From NCBI GenBank assembly GCA_951406725.2, contig OX597824.1, positions 44,826,001 to 44,890,000 on the forward strand: a DNA stretch of 64,000 nucleotides, read 5' to 3'. A model generated the notes under the pieces. The model had not been told where the DNA came from, searched no databases, and was given only the letters and a program-made list of their open reading frames with translations. The translations under genes were made by a program, and so were the position numbers. The DNA comes from Octopus vulgaris. Taxonomy: Eukaryota. This document shows positions 26,653 through 39,299 of the stretch, in pieces (the stretch's first letter is position 1; each line of letters begins with the position of its first letter).

Positions 26653-29234
26653 AATATCTTAACCCTTTAGCATTTAAACCAGCCATATCTAGCCCAAGTA
26701 TCTCATATGAGTAATTTGAATGCTAAAGAGCTAATCAGTATTAGTGTTTAGTGGCTATGTTAGGATACTTTCAGCATGTATATATTGGTGTATATGAAGG
26801 CTAAGGCCATGGCACAAATAATAGAAGAGTACACATAGATCTTGGTGTTTTTTTAGGAATATCAGAAAGCTGTCTGATTGAGAATCCCTCCAATAATACA
26901 TAAGACTCCATGTATTTATAATAGTTTTGTATTTTTACATGTATTTCTTTTTCTGCTCATGTAAAATAATTCAAAATGAAATCATTGATCTTTGTTGGGG
27001 TTTTTTTTTTCGGGAGTTGGGGGGTGGGATTTACACCTGTGTCATTTCTATGAAAGTCCATCTAATTAATATTCAAGAGCTTAACCATATGAGCAATTTC
27101 TGTTCTGGAGTGCCTTCCAGTTATTGCAATATTGGAACATATAAGTGACTTTTATAATTATTTTTGTTTAGTTCAGTTTGAGGTTTAATTCTCATGCTTG
27201 CATGGGTACATTTTGTGTCTATACATATATAGAAGTAATGATGCAAATAAACAAATAGACATGCATCAACCACACATACTCAGCTTGCCTGTCGGTAGGC
27301 TACAATCTAGTGCAGAGGAGATGACTTCCTCAAATGCTGTATGTTAAAACACCTGAAAGTCAAAGACAGGCAAGACAACTCACCCTAAATTCCAACAGGC
27401 TTCTTTCAGTTTCCTTCTACCAAATCCACATCCACTCACAAGGCTTTGGTCAACCAGGGGTTACAGTAGAAGACACTTGTCCAATGTACCACACAATAGG
27501 AGTAAATCTGAAATCGTGAGGTCAGGGAGCAAAATTCTTACCCTACAGCCATACCATAACATATTCAATAACAAAAGTCTTGCGTAATTCTCTGTGACTA
27601 GACTACACGTCATGTTGTGATTTGTGACAGTGACCTTGATAATGTAAAAATAGCAAGTTTACATACTCATATACACAAAAATTTTCTCTGTCTCAAACTC
27701 TTTCACTAGCCACCAATTTATTCATAGATCCACTCTCTCATTCAGTAGCTAACTCAGTCACTTAGCCATTGACAGATTAAATTTATTTACTTTTCTCACT
27801 GTTTAAATCATTTTTGTCATTTGCTTACTCACCTGGTGAATTGTTTGGATGAGAAATTCAGTTTGCAATTTGACTAAGAAAACCCAGTGATTGCTGGAGT
27901 GGGAGAGATGTTTAGATTGTTGTCTTAGCAACTATCACTATCATCATCAATATTATCTGTTGGTTTTTCTTAATTTGAGTGTGGAGGAGGAGGATACACA
28001 TTATTTTCTTTTAGAGGCCAAAGCTTCCTTCTGACCCATTTCAAGTGACATTCTTTTATATGAATGTCATATTTACTCTCAACAGTAGTAATATGAACAA
28101 TAGGAGCAACAACACATTAATTTCCTATTTCAAAGATTGCTTGTTCATTTATTTTATTTATTTATTAGATACCTTGCACGTGCCAATAGAAACTAATCAT
28201 CCACAAATGCACACACACAGACATTTACATTCGTAATGAAATTTTTTTTAAAATCTAGGTGTAATCCATCTACATTTATATGCAAGAGACAAGGTGACAA
28301 GAGACAAAAATGCATATAAATTAGAATTATTTTGTAAACATGATTTTTACATGTTTTTAAGTTTCCATCTTCCATTTGAGTCTGTTCCCCAGCAATTAAC
28401 AGCTTCTTTCTTCAGTATTGATTGAATGACAGAAATCTTTCTCAGATGAGCTTGTCACAGACAAGGAAGCCATATATTCTCAATGTGTTATTACATTTTT
28501 TGTATTATTTCTATCAATTTTTCTTTTCTTTTTTTTTTGGTTTTTTTTTTGCTGTATTTACAAACCCAGTGTACTGGCTTACATCAAAAAAATAAAAAAA
28601 AGAAATAGAATAAGTCTGGAGGCTATTACATACTTTACCAGGATGTTTTGTTTGCTGTTAGCAACATATCAAGTCTGTTGATCATTTATAGGCACTTATG
28701 ACAATTTAAATGTTTCATTTATTTTTATAAAACCTTTTTTCTCATTATTGTTCCAGTAGCTAGTGTTCTTCTAATACTAGATTCAATATACATGCTATAC
28801 TATTTGCTTTGTTTAGATGACTTCTCCATATTGTTCATCAAGATTCTGTTTTTACATTATGGCTGATTTGAAGGAGAATTGGCTGCTATTTCTAGCATCA
28901 CTTAACCTCACACGTTTGTTAGAAATTTTTATGGCAGACAATAAGTGCTATATTTTGTTCACATGGCATTTCAGTGAAATAACTTAATCAAAACTTCCTC
29001 ATACTCTTTTATTCTTTTACTTGTTTGACTGTGTCCATACTGGAGCACTGCTAAATAAGTTTCTGTGAATCCTTCTTAATTAGGGTGGGTATCTTTGGAT
29101 TTAGGTACATGTATGTTGTATCGATAAAATCAAAGCAATCTGGTAAAATGCAGGGATGAGCTTGGATGTCTTGAGTGAGTAAAGTGAATGCCTGAGTGTT
29201 TGAAAACCACTTATTAGGATATTATTACAGGTTT

Positions 29235-29610
29235 CCCTTTTAGTGGCTTTGGGTTCAACCCCACTGCATGGCACCATGGGCAAGTATCTTTTACTATAAC
29301 CCTGAGCCAGACGTCCTTTGTGAATAAGATCTGTGTTGTATTTTTTGTACTCGTTGTGTCTGTGTGTGTACCCTTGACATAACATCATGTGATGGTTGTA
29401 AATAAGCATCACCATCATACAAACAATGTTCATTTCCAGTCTTCCGTGAAAAACTCAGGATATTCAAATCCATTTTTGGAAAATATTACTTTGCTTGGAA
29501 ACAGGTGTGGGTTGGACACAAGAAGGGCATCCAGTCATAGAAAATCTGCTTCCACAAATTGTATCTGACCCATGCAAGCATGGAAAAGTGGATGTTAAGT
29601 GATGATAAGG
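29235..29610 (+). mobile_element. SINE family A copy with RTE-type tail
   Basis: gggttcaaccccactgcatggcaccatgggcaagtatc core; tail gaagggcatccagtcatagaaa...cccatgcaagcatggaaaagtggatgttaagtgatgat. Confidence 0.8.
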
Positions 29611-31019
29611 AATGATTTCAAATGATTTCATGACCTTGTTTTTAAATGTCATAGTTGTTGTATATCAATGAATATTTAAGTGAAAAATAATATATTTTCC
29701 TTTCAAGCATCAGAATTGAGTACTTTACTGATTTATGGTTTTTATAAAATAGTTTACCCTCCTCAAAAATAATTACATTCAAGTTGGTGAAAGAACTGCA
29801 TTCAGTAAATCAAAATAGGTTTATAGCAGAATTAATTTATTTGCTGAAGGTTTTAGTAAATCTATCACCATTTTTATTACCTTACTCCTCCTTCATCCAG
29901 TCTCCATCTTTATTGTTTTCCTTTCATCACACATTGTTATATTTGGGAGTGAAATATTCACAGCATTTTTTCTTGGTGGCATGTGAAGAAAATAATATAT
30001 TTTCGACCAAAAATACAACACTGATCTTATTTTTTCATACGTTGCATTACATGAACTCAGTGGTTAAATTGAATATATTTACTGTTTTCCATTTCATTTC
30101 TCCAAATTCCTTAAAAACCATCTTGATCTGAAGATAGCATGTGATGGACAGACAGAAAAATAACTCTTATTATAATATAGATTTATCTCCGAGTGAAGCT
30201 TGTGCAATTTTATATGCAACTTAACATACATTTTTCGTTTGATAGCTAACAATTTTCTTATTTACACTTTCACTTACTGCTTTCTTTCATTTTACTTCCA
30301 TCTACACTTGTCACATAGTCTCTGTGGGTCATTCAACCGTTTAGAAATAGTAGTCGAGTCTCATTTAACTCCACTTATTTTCCCACTTGACTTTAATTTC
30401 CAATTCATTTGATCTTTTCCTGATCAAGATGAGTAAGCTCCTAAGCATTGCAAATAGGATAAGCTGAGGATTTCCAAGAGTTCTAAGTGTGATGTTTTAA
30501 TTTTAAAAAAACAACTACATTTTTGAAAGTTACACATAGTCCTTACAGGTCTTGAGTATTGCCTATGAATGAAATACTGTATCACAACTTATGCATTGTC
30601 AGCAGTCATTGTACAACTGTATCTTTTTGAATCCTGAAGCATTCACTAATCTGAATCGGTGATATTTGATTAAAATCTTTTGATGAAAGGTGCAACCCCT
30701 AGATGCTAAAGCAGAAATATATTAGTCTACTCTAAATGATAAGTAACATTGTATGTAAGTTCTTGAAGACTAGATCTGTCTCACCTTTGGAATCTTATTC
30801 ATATCATTTGCACTAGAAATACTTTTACTAACCAAGTTCTTGATCCTCCTCATCCTCCGGTTTCTTTTTTTAGAAAATGGTAGTTGGTCTGTATTTACTA
30901 GGCCCTCTTTGAGAAGCAATGATTCATATTTGGTTTTCACATAGGGCTTTATATATATATATATCCAACCATCTTCTCTGCCCACTATTTCATGGGAGGG
31001 TCATGGGAGTAGTGTCCTC

Positions 31020-31520
31020 AGGTACCTCCTTCATACGGTCCTATCAGAAGCAACTGTCATTACACTTTCCAACTGGATTCCCAAGTGTCACCAACTGAGA
31101 CTATGGATGTTATCCAACCATCTCATTATTGTTCTACCCCTAGATTTCCTGCCAGATGGCTTGGCTTGAAAAATCCTTCTTGCATTTCTTTATTGTAACA
31201 TTCTAATTACATGTCTGTAGTACTGAAGCTATAACCTCTCAATGTGGGAAAGTAGCAGCTCAACCTGAAAAGATTTCCAAGCTGTGCACCTTTGTCAAGT
31301 ATCTTTTGAGATCCTTCAAAGCAACCCCATTTCAGCCACTTTTATTCAAAATCATACTGTTTTGGTCATAATCCTACGTTCATGACCATAAGTGAGGAAA
31401 GGCATGAAAACTGATTTGAAAATAGCGAGTTTGGTCTTTTTTAATCAACTTCTCTTTTTAAGATTGAATACTGGAGCTGAGACATTACTATGTCAGCACT
31501 TGCTATTCAGCCTTCTCCCA
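31020..31520 (-). mobile_element. Degraded RTE-like LINE 3' fragment
   Basis: Reverse strand gives AKPSGRK..GRTIMRWLDNIHSLSW.HLGI, an RTE C-terminal pattern. Confidence 0.55.
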
Positions 31521-31993
31521 TCACTTATGAATACTGCCTTGAGATATAGGACTAGAGCTAAGGTAAATTTTAGTTCTGAAAAAGAAATGTTATCTTACTT
31601 AAATATTAGAGGTAATATGATTTTGTATTATGTGGCTAAAATGTTGGGCAATTTCCTATGTGTTCAGACCTTGCTACTGTGTAACCTTCAAACCAGTCAA
31701 AGGTCCCCTATACAGTCAGTTGTCTTGCTAGAAGTAGCTTTGTAGTACTTTACATTTTGAGTTCAAATCTCACTGAAGTCAATTTTGCTTTTATCCTTTC
31801 AAGGTTGATAAAATAAAGTGTCACTCAAGTAATGGGTTGATGGTATTGACTAACCCACTCCCTTCAAAATTTCTGGTCTTGTGCTTAAATTAGCAACAGT
31901 TTATTATTTTGCTGTTATTGTTTAGAGTTTCAATTATAAGAACTACAACAGTAATAATATTAATAACAATACCAATTTATATTTTCATTTCAG

Positions 31994-32066
31994 AATTGGA
32001 TAAATGAATATACGTCTTCATTGGGTGTAGGAGTATTTCATTCTGGTGTACAAATCTACGGATCTG
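31994..32066 (+). CDS. DESI2: DESI2/PPPDE peptidase internal coding exon (73 nt; [24 protein letters not shown]+G)
   Basis: Acceptor ttttcatttcag ends 31993; donor gtaagt at 32067. Translation matches the DESI2 N-terminal block (WxNEYTSSxGxGVFHSG) containing the catalytic His. Ends phase 1. Confidence 0.95.
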
Positions 32067-33181
32067 GTAAGTTCCCTTTCTGTTTTTCTTTTGTGTGCAT
32101 ATGTGTGTGGTTGCAAGGTCTCTGCTAAACTCTTATTGTTCTATATTCTTTGATTTTTCAAATTCCACTGAGGTCAACTTTACCTTTCAGCCTTTCAGCA
32201 TATAGTAAGATAATTACAAGCTGTACCTATCTTATTGTACTTATTGACTGGTGTCCTTCCCCCAAATTTCAGGCCTTGTGCCTATAGTAGAAAGGATTAT
32301 TGTTTGATGACTTTTGAATTCATACTTCTTTATCATAATACTATACCTTTAATTGTGAAAACCCACTTTCTTTTTATACATTTACATGCTCTTGTTCAAT
32401 TCTCCTTCATTTTAGAAATCTAATAAAGAGTCCATTATTTACAGCTTCATTAAACTTTTCTTGACCATACTTGCTCACATCCTCTCCTTTTGTAATACCA
32501 GTGGATCCATTGTAGTTCTTTGTTATAAATTGGACAAGGTGATGTATTTGCTTTAAAATAACAAAAATCGGTATCTACAGATACCTGATGTTGATAATTC
32601 TACAAAAATAGAATTAGTACAGCTTAATACATTGTGCTAAGGATTTCTTGAAATGCCTCTACACCAATTTAGGTGGATATTAATCCTTCAGCTACATCTC
32701 CTCTATTTATAAATGGTAGCTGCTGTACTTCAGTGTTTTGTCTTAGAATTGATATCATTAATAGAAAATACGTAAAAGGCAGAATTTGATGTTTAAAATC
32801 GTGTGTTTGAACCCTTTGATATACTCTGGTCTTTTATTTGATACCTTTTTAATGCTCCACAGGGCCAGTGTTTATCTCAGTTGCCTTATGTTGGGCAGTG
32901 AAGAGATGACTGTTTTCTTCTGGCTAGAGTGTTGGGCTTGTGCATAGAGCTTATCCTGCCGCCACTTCAAGCCAATAAATCATTTATCAATTCCACAAGT
33001 TACACCTACTTAAGAAGGAGGAGGGGCAGTGCTCATAGTCATTCAGGGCCCTCTTGGGATTGATATTAAAATTTAATATGATTATTGGTTTTCCATTTGA
33101 ACTTCAAAACTAGTGCAGATATGGAGCTCCAGCTTTGAAGAAGGACTTGGTAAAGTCAGAATAAAAAACATAATAGGAATT

Positions 33182-33307
33182 CAGTTCTATATTTAAGAGA
33201 TGAGGAATTATGTACATTATTTACATTTGACGGATATTTGTCCTCATCTTGTTTGTTGTTAACAACAAAGATGAGAACAAATATCCATCAAGTATAAATA
33301 ATGTAGA
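33182..33307. mobile_element. Mini-palindrome derived from the 57.5-kb hammerhead element family
   Basis: Inverted repeat centred on gttaac (33258-33263); arms match 57496-57545 and 57933-58003; flanks taataggaatt (33171-33181) / taatagggatt (33308-33318). Confidence 0.85.
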
Positions 33308-35072
33308 TAATAGGGATTATTAAAGAAGAGGAGCACTCATCAAGTGGTGGGATTAAGTGTACTATTAAGAAGAGAGAGAGAGAGCATGTCTATGAACCAA
33401 TAATTATAGAATGTGGATAGTCTTTAATTTACACGAATGTGATGTGTGTGTCCTGTTCCAAATTTTTGAGCAGAACTCTATAGGATGTTGTAAAGAGATC
33501 AGGACTAACTTATTTTCTGGCTCAGGAAAGAAAAGTTAGCCTTTATAATGCATTGTTGGTTACAAAATTTACAGTCTTATATAAGAGTTAGCTTTTATAT
33601 AAAGATTATCATGTTTTTGTTTGTTTTTTTAACTATGTGTTATTTACAACTAATGAGGATGTAGATGTGCAATTTTTTAAGATATTAGTGTCTTGCTTCA
33701 GTTGAATGAGACAACGTTTTGCCTTCATTGCAGGATAGTTTCTCTTCTGAAGATATATGTTATTCCATGTGGGTGGTGTGAAGGTCACATGTGTATGAAC
33801 CATTTGCATGGAAGTTAGTGAAAGAGTTGTAGTTTAAAAGTGATATAATGTAGGTCATTAAGCTAGAGAATGAAGTATAAAGGTGGGGAGAATAATCCTT
33901 ACAGGAGGTACTCCTTAGCTGAATAAATGAGAGTTTTAGCCAATGAGGAATCAGTTTAATAAGAAATTTCTAATTCAGATGATTATGACTTTCAAAGTGT
34001 TTGTTTCTTATTAGGCGCTTGATACTCTATATTCAGTGCACCATGTACACAAAACAATATTGATAATTATTATATATTGTCTTTAACATGAGTAGCACTT
34101 AATTTGAATTTGAACTTATTCTGAGTTTTGAAAAACTATGTTATCTACAGAGAAGTTGAACCACCAAGCCATAGGCTTTGAGCTTGTTATAATCCAGTAT
34201 CAATTCTTAAACTGCTACCATTGCTTGGTGATTATATTGACTCAAAGTTAATTAAATTATGCTAAAATAATCAACTAAATTACCTGTGCGTCATCTTTGC
34301 CTTAAGTACTTCTATTGTTTGCTCAAAAATTTCTAATGTCAGCTCCTGAAAATTTTAGAAGATGACTAAATTGCCAAGAAACATGCCTCAGTCACCTTTA
34401 ATCCTTTCATGACCGTATTATCTCTTAAAATAGACAATTTGGAGAGGTTTAGCAAAGACCTAACTTCTCTGTAAGTAAACTTGACTTTCAAACATTATTA
34501 AATATGACTTAACAAAAAGGTTCTTTCATAAAATTGTTAGCTGGCTCAAACTTAAATAGAAACACTTTGTATCATAAAACCAGATGTAGTCCCAAAAAGG
34601 GCTGATGGTTTCATATTTTTCAGGTCACAAATCAGAATAGTCACTTAAAATTAGTGATGGTATGCATTAATTTATGTCATAAATCCTTAAAAATCCTTAA
34701 AAATGTTTCAGCCCGAAGGCTGTGGCCATACTGGGGCACCACCGCTGTTGACAATTTTTTAAAAAATGTCTTTTAGTTTACAGTGAGTTGAAAATAGGTT
34801 CACATTTGGACAGAATCCTTCTTCAGAAAAGAAACAAAATTTTAAAGTGCCATTTCAAGAATTCATAACCTTTTGAAAAAATGTGAAAAAATTGTTTTTT
34901 TTTTTGGAGAGAAATGACATTGTAGGATAGGTGTGAAAGGCCAGGTTTGAAAATAAAACAGGTGGAATGTTTGGGCCAGATATGGTCGATTTAAATGTTA
35001 AATTGTTAATTTCATTCAAATCAATAAATTCAGATTCATCTTTGTCAAGATCAGCCAGATGGAAGTTCTGTA

Positions 35073-36350
35073 TGAGGTGGTATCAAAAAGTTCCCAGACA
35101 AGTTATGTTTAAAAGAAAAATAACTTAATTACCTAGGTTTTAACATCATCTCCTTCGAAATAGTCACTTTGTGCAGCAATGCACCAGTCCCAGTGTTCTT
35201 GACAGTTTGGGAATCCGGCCTGCGCGTCATTTTCTGTAAGCAAGTCAAGAACCTTCTGTGATTCACTCTGGATCTCGACAATAGTGTTAAAATGGCAAAG
35301 CTCTGCCTTTTCATCTTGGGGGAGAGCAGGAAGTCTACAGCTGTTAAATCTGGCAAATAGGGCAGGAGCAGAAGTGATACTTTGTTGCTTTTGGTGAGAA
35401 ACTCACAAGTAAGGAGAGCTTGGTGTCAGTGTGCATTATCATTATAAAGAATCCAATTTTTCATACTCCGCAGATCCAGTTACTTTCACCAAATGTCCTC
35501 CCTCAAACACTATAAAACATTGCAGTCTGATTGACAGTCTGACCCTGGGAAGCAAATTCTCGATGCACAATGCTGCGGATGTTAAAAAAAATGATAAGCA
35601 TGCTCTTCATTGAGCTGTGGTGGTCATGTCTTCTTCGGTCATGGAGATAAAGGGTTCTTTCATTGTGATGACTGCTGCTTTATCTCAGTGTCATACCTGT
35701 AGACCCAACTCTCATCACCAGTGATGATCCTTGGCATGCTGACAGAGATCTTGACAGACTTCGACGTGATGTTCTTTCTGCTCAGTGGTCAACAGACAGA
35801 GGACAAACTTAGCAGAGACACGCCATATGTTCAATTCAGATGTTAGCATTGCCTGTACAGACCCATACAACAGACCAACAACATCAGCAATGTCATTGAG
35901 TTTCCTCTGATGATCCTCATGCACAAACTGATAAATTTTCTCCACATTTCCGGGGGTGACGCTCTTGGCAGGTTTTCCAGATTGCTCATCCTCTTCCAGG
36001 GACATTCTTCAGCTTTTGAAATGCCTGTGCCACTCAAAACATTGCATATGACCCATTGCATCATTGCTGTAAGCTTGCCAAAGCATGTTAAATGTCTCTG
36101 CAGCAAACTTGCCAAGTTTAATGCAAAATTTCATGTTGGCTCTCTGCTCCAAGTTCCTGTCCATGGCAAAATCACAGATTATTACACATGATCACAGAAA
36201 CAAAAATTTCACAACTTGTAAAGTAAACACAGCAATGTCACTCAGCACACTACCTCATAAAGGTTACTGTTAGCTCTCACTGTGAATGCAACCATGTGCT
36301 GCCATCTGTTGGCACACTACAGAACTAGTCTGGGAACTTGTTGATACCAC
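35073..36350 (-). mobile_element. Near full-length dead mariner transposon (~1.28 kb)
   Basis: TIRs gtggtatcaaaaagttcccagac / gtctgggaacttgttgataccac, with TA on the left. ORF fragments SLEEDEQSGKP...RVSAKFVLCLLTTEQKEHHVEVC (WVPxxL-equivalent) and PDLTAVDFLLSPKMK (SPDLAPxD-equivalent). Frameshifted. Confidence 0.92.
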
Positions 36351-36441
36351 TAAACTAATTCAGTGGTTGTTATCTTCTTCCACATCACTTATATGGTATT
36401 CTGGCACCATATCTCATAATTTTTTTTTCATTTCTTTCTAG

Positions 36442-36535
36442 AATATGCTTATGGTGGACATCCATTTCCTGTATCAGGAATATTTTCAATGGAACCAAGA
36501 GAGGCTAAAGAACTTGGAGAACACTTCAAATTCAA
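36442..36535 (+). CDS. DESI2: DESI2 coding exon (94 nt; (E)[30 protein letters not shown](K))
   Basis: Acceptor tttctttctag ends 36441; donor gttagt at 36536. Phase 1 in and phase 2 out fit both neighbours. EyAYGGHP..SGIF and ELGE.FKFK are family motifs. Confidence 0.95.
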
Positions 36536-36910
36536 GTTAGTATGTTTTTTACAGATCATTTTAATTTCTGTAAACAGTGACCATGTAAATGTTGGAAAAA
36601 TTTCACCAAACAATGATTCATTTTCAGCTTCAGCTATTTTGTTGTTAAAAAAATTTTCTTAGAAAACTAGATTAGTTTGTTATAACCATAAGTGCTGAGG
36701 CTGTGACGGAGCACCACCTTCAGATGTGTTAATAATCTTTCAGAAAGTTTACTATAGGAAAATTTATAGGAAAATTTAAGTAATGAAACTTTTATTTTTT
36801 GCACTTGTTCATCTCATGATTTTAGTTCATTGACAGCATGAAGTGTTGTAAAAAAACTATAGACTCTTTAATAGTTACTTATTGACAACAAAATTTACAG
36901 TTAGATTAGT

Positions 36911-38448
36911 TCATCATCATCATCATCATCGTTTAGCGTCCGTTTTCCATGCTAGCATGGGTTGGACGGTTCTACTGGGGTCTGTGAAGCCAGAAGGCTT
37001 CATCAGGCCCAGTCAAATCTGGCAGTGTTTCTACGGCTGGATGCCCTTCCTAACGCCAACCACTCCGTGAGTGTAGTGGGTGCTTTTTACGTGCCACCCG
37101 CACTGGTGCCAGACAGAGCTGGCAAACGGCCACGAACGGATGGTGCTTTTTATGTGCTACCGGCACGAGGGCCAGGTGAGGCTGGCAACGGACACGAAAC
37201 GGGGCGGTGCTGGCAACGGTCGCGAAACGGAAAGTTCTCTTACATGCCACCGGCACTGGTAACACATCTGCAATTTCCATTGATCGATTTCCATTGATCG
37301 ATTTCGATTCTGATCCTCACTTGCCTCAACAGGTCTTCACAAGTAGAGTTTCGACATGCCACCGGCACTGGTAACACATCCGCAATTTCCATTGATCGAT
37401 TTTGATTCTGATCCTCACTTGCCTCAACACGTCTTCACAAGTAGAGTTTTGTGTCCCAAGAAGGGAAGGTATGCATACGTAGGCTGGCTCCATCTCATGT
37501 AGAAGGCCACGGGTTATGGACTCACTTGTCCTGCCGGGTCTTCTCGCGCACAGCACACTTCCAGAAGTCTCAGTCTCTAGTCATTTCCTCAGTGAGACCT
37601 AAAGTTCGAAGGTCGTGCTTCACCACCTCGTCCCAGGTTTTCCTGGGTCTGCCTCTTCCACAGGTTCCCTCAACCGCTAGGGTGTGGCACTTTTTCACAC
37701 AACTATCTTCATCCATTCTCGCCACATGACCATACCAGCGCAAACGTCTCTCTTGCACACCACAACTGATGCTTCTTAGGTCCAGCTTTTCTCTCAAGGT
37801 ACTTACACTCTGCCGAGTGTGAGTACCGACATTACACATCCATCGGAGCATACTGGCTTCATTTCTTGCGAGCTTACGCATATCCTCAGCAGTCACGGCC
37901 CATGTTTCACTGCCATGTAGCATGGCTGTTCGTACACACGCATCATACAGTCTGCCTTTCACTCTGTGCGAGAGGCCTTTTGTCACCAGCAGAGGTAAGA
38001 GCTCTCTGAACTTTGCCCAAGCTATTCTTACTCTAGCAGTTACACTTTCAGCACACCCGCCCCCGCTGCTGACTTGGTCACCTAGGTAACGGAAACTATC
38101 AACTATTTCTAGTTTTTCTCCCTGGAAAGTGACGGAAGTTGGTCTCAGAGCATTTTCAGTGTTTATTGTTCCTGAGCATCTGCCACATACAAAAACCATC
38201 TTCCTAGTTAGCCTTCCTTTGACATTGCTGCATCTCTTATGTGTCCATAGCTTACACTTGGTGCATCTTATAGAGTTTCTACCTACACCTTTTCTACAGA
38301 TCGAGCAGGGCCATCTACCTGAAGGTGTTTGTGATTTGTCTACCTTCCTACTGATTACGACTTTGGTTTTAGCTAGATTGACTCTGAGGCCCTTCGATTC
38401 TAATCCTTGTTTCCACACCTGAAACTTCTCCTCCAGTTCTGATAGCAA
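36911..38448 (-). mobile_element. Young 5'-truncated RTE-clade LINE with (ATG)n tail
   Basis: Uninterrupted 292-codon frame followed by a ~650-nt 3'UTR ending in (CAT)6 on the + strand. High GC/CpG relative to the flanks. Confidence 0.93.
37570..38448 (-). pseudogene. C-terminal part of RTE ORF (end of RT, PHD-type finger, C-terminal domain)
   Basis: GLRVNLAKTKV, EIVDSFRYLG, AMLHGSETW, RRLRWYGHVARM and GRGRPRKTW are RTE hallmarks. Lacks the YADD motif and everything upstream. Confidence 0.9.
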
Positions 38449-39299
38449 CTAGTTATATAGTTATATGCAGTAGTTATTATAGAGTGCTTAACATATGTGC
38501 CATATACCATCATTTGATGGAAGGACAAGGTTGTAAAAACATTGACTCAGTTTCAGTGTTAGCCAAGATTTATTCTGACTATACCAATCATCTGTAAATA
38601 TTTACAATCTGTGATGTTGGAACTAGTGGTCATCATTTTATATCCATCCTTGTACTCCATCTACTGATTTTGACAATCAAGGTCCAGCCACCATTAGCTT
38701 ATTACAATAAGTTCCTTCAGTAACTTAGTACACCCTTTGCTTGTCCACATAATCTATATCATGGAGACAGCCTCATTTCCAGCCCCCTTAGACTACTGCT
38801 GTGAATCCTTTAGCTAAATCCACTCCCTACGTCACAGAGACATGGCTTCTCAGATGGAATATAACTCCCTTCCTCTACCTACATAGCAAAGGCAACCTTT
38901 GTGCCAAGTTGCCTTAGACCCTCATTGTGTGGGCTCCCTTAGTTAACTAATCCCCTCCTCCAACATCAGGGAGATGACCTGTATTAAGAATGGCCTTAGT
39001 TTACCACCATGAGCCGCCTAGCTAAACTCTACTTTATGGTGAGATGTTGCTTCTCCTCTGGAATGAAGCTAACCCCACTCAACTTTCATAATAGAGACAA
39101 CCTTTATGCTCAGCTACTGAGACCATCATTGTGTATTCCCTTGTTAACTAAGCCTCTTCTTTACATTTTGAAGAGATATTACTTCTCAGCCAGAGTGAAG
39201 GCAACCTATCTAGAAAGTTGTACTTACTCTATAACTGCAACAATGTGCAAAAAGTATTCTCTTCTGCAAATCACAATGAGGATCACTAATTTAGGAGAG

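Noticed and set aside
37080-37450. Repeat-spacer pattern superficially like a CRISPR array
   Set aside because: Eukaryotic LINE 3'UTR; units are irregular, spacers are related to each other, and no cas genes are present.
36882-38422. Plus-strand ORFs over the RTE element (36962..37297, 37451..37729, 38129..38422)
   Set aside because: Antisense shadows of the GC-rich LINE sequence.
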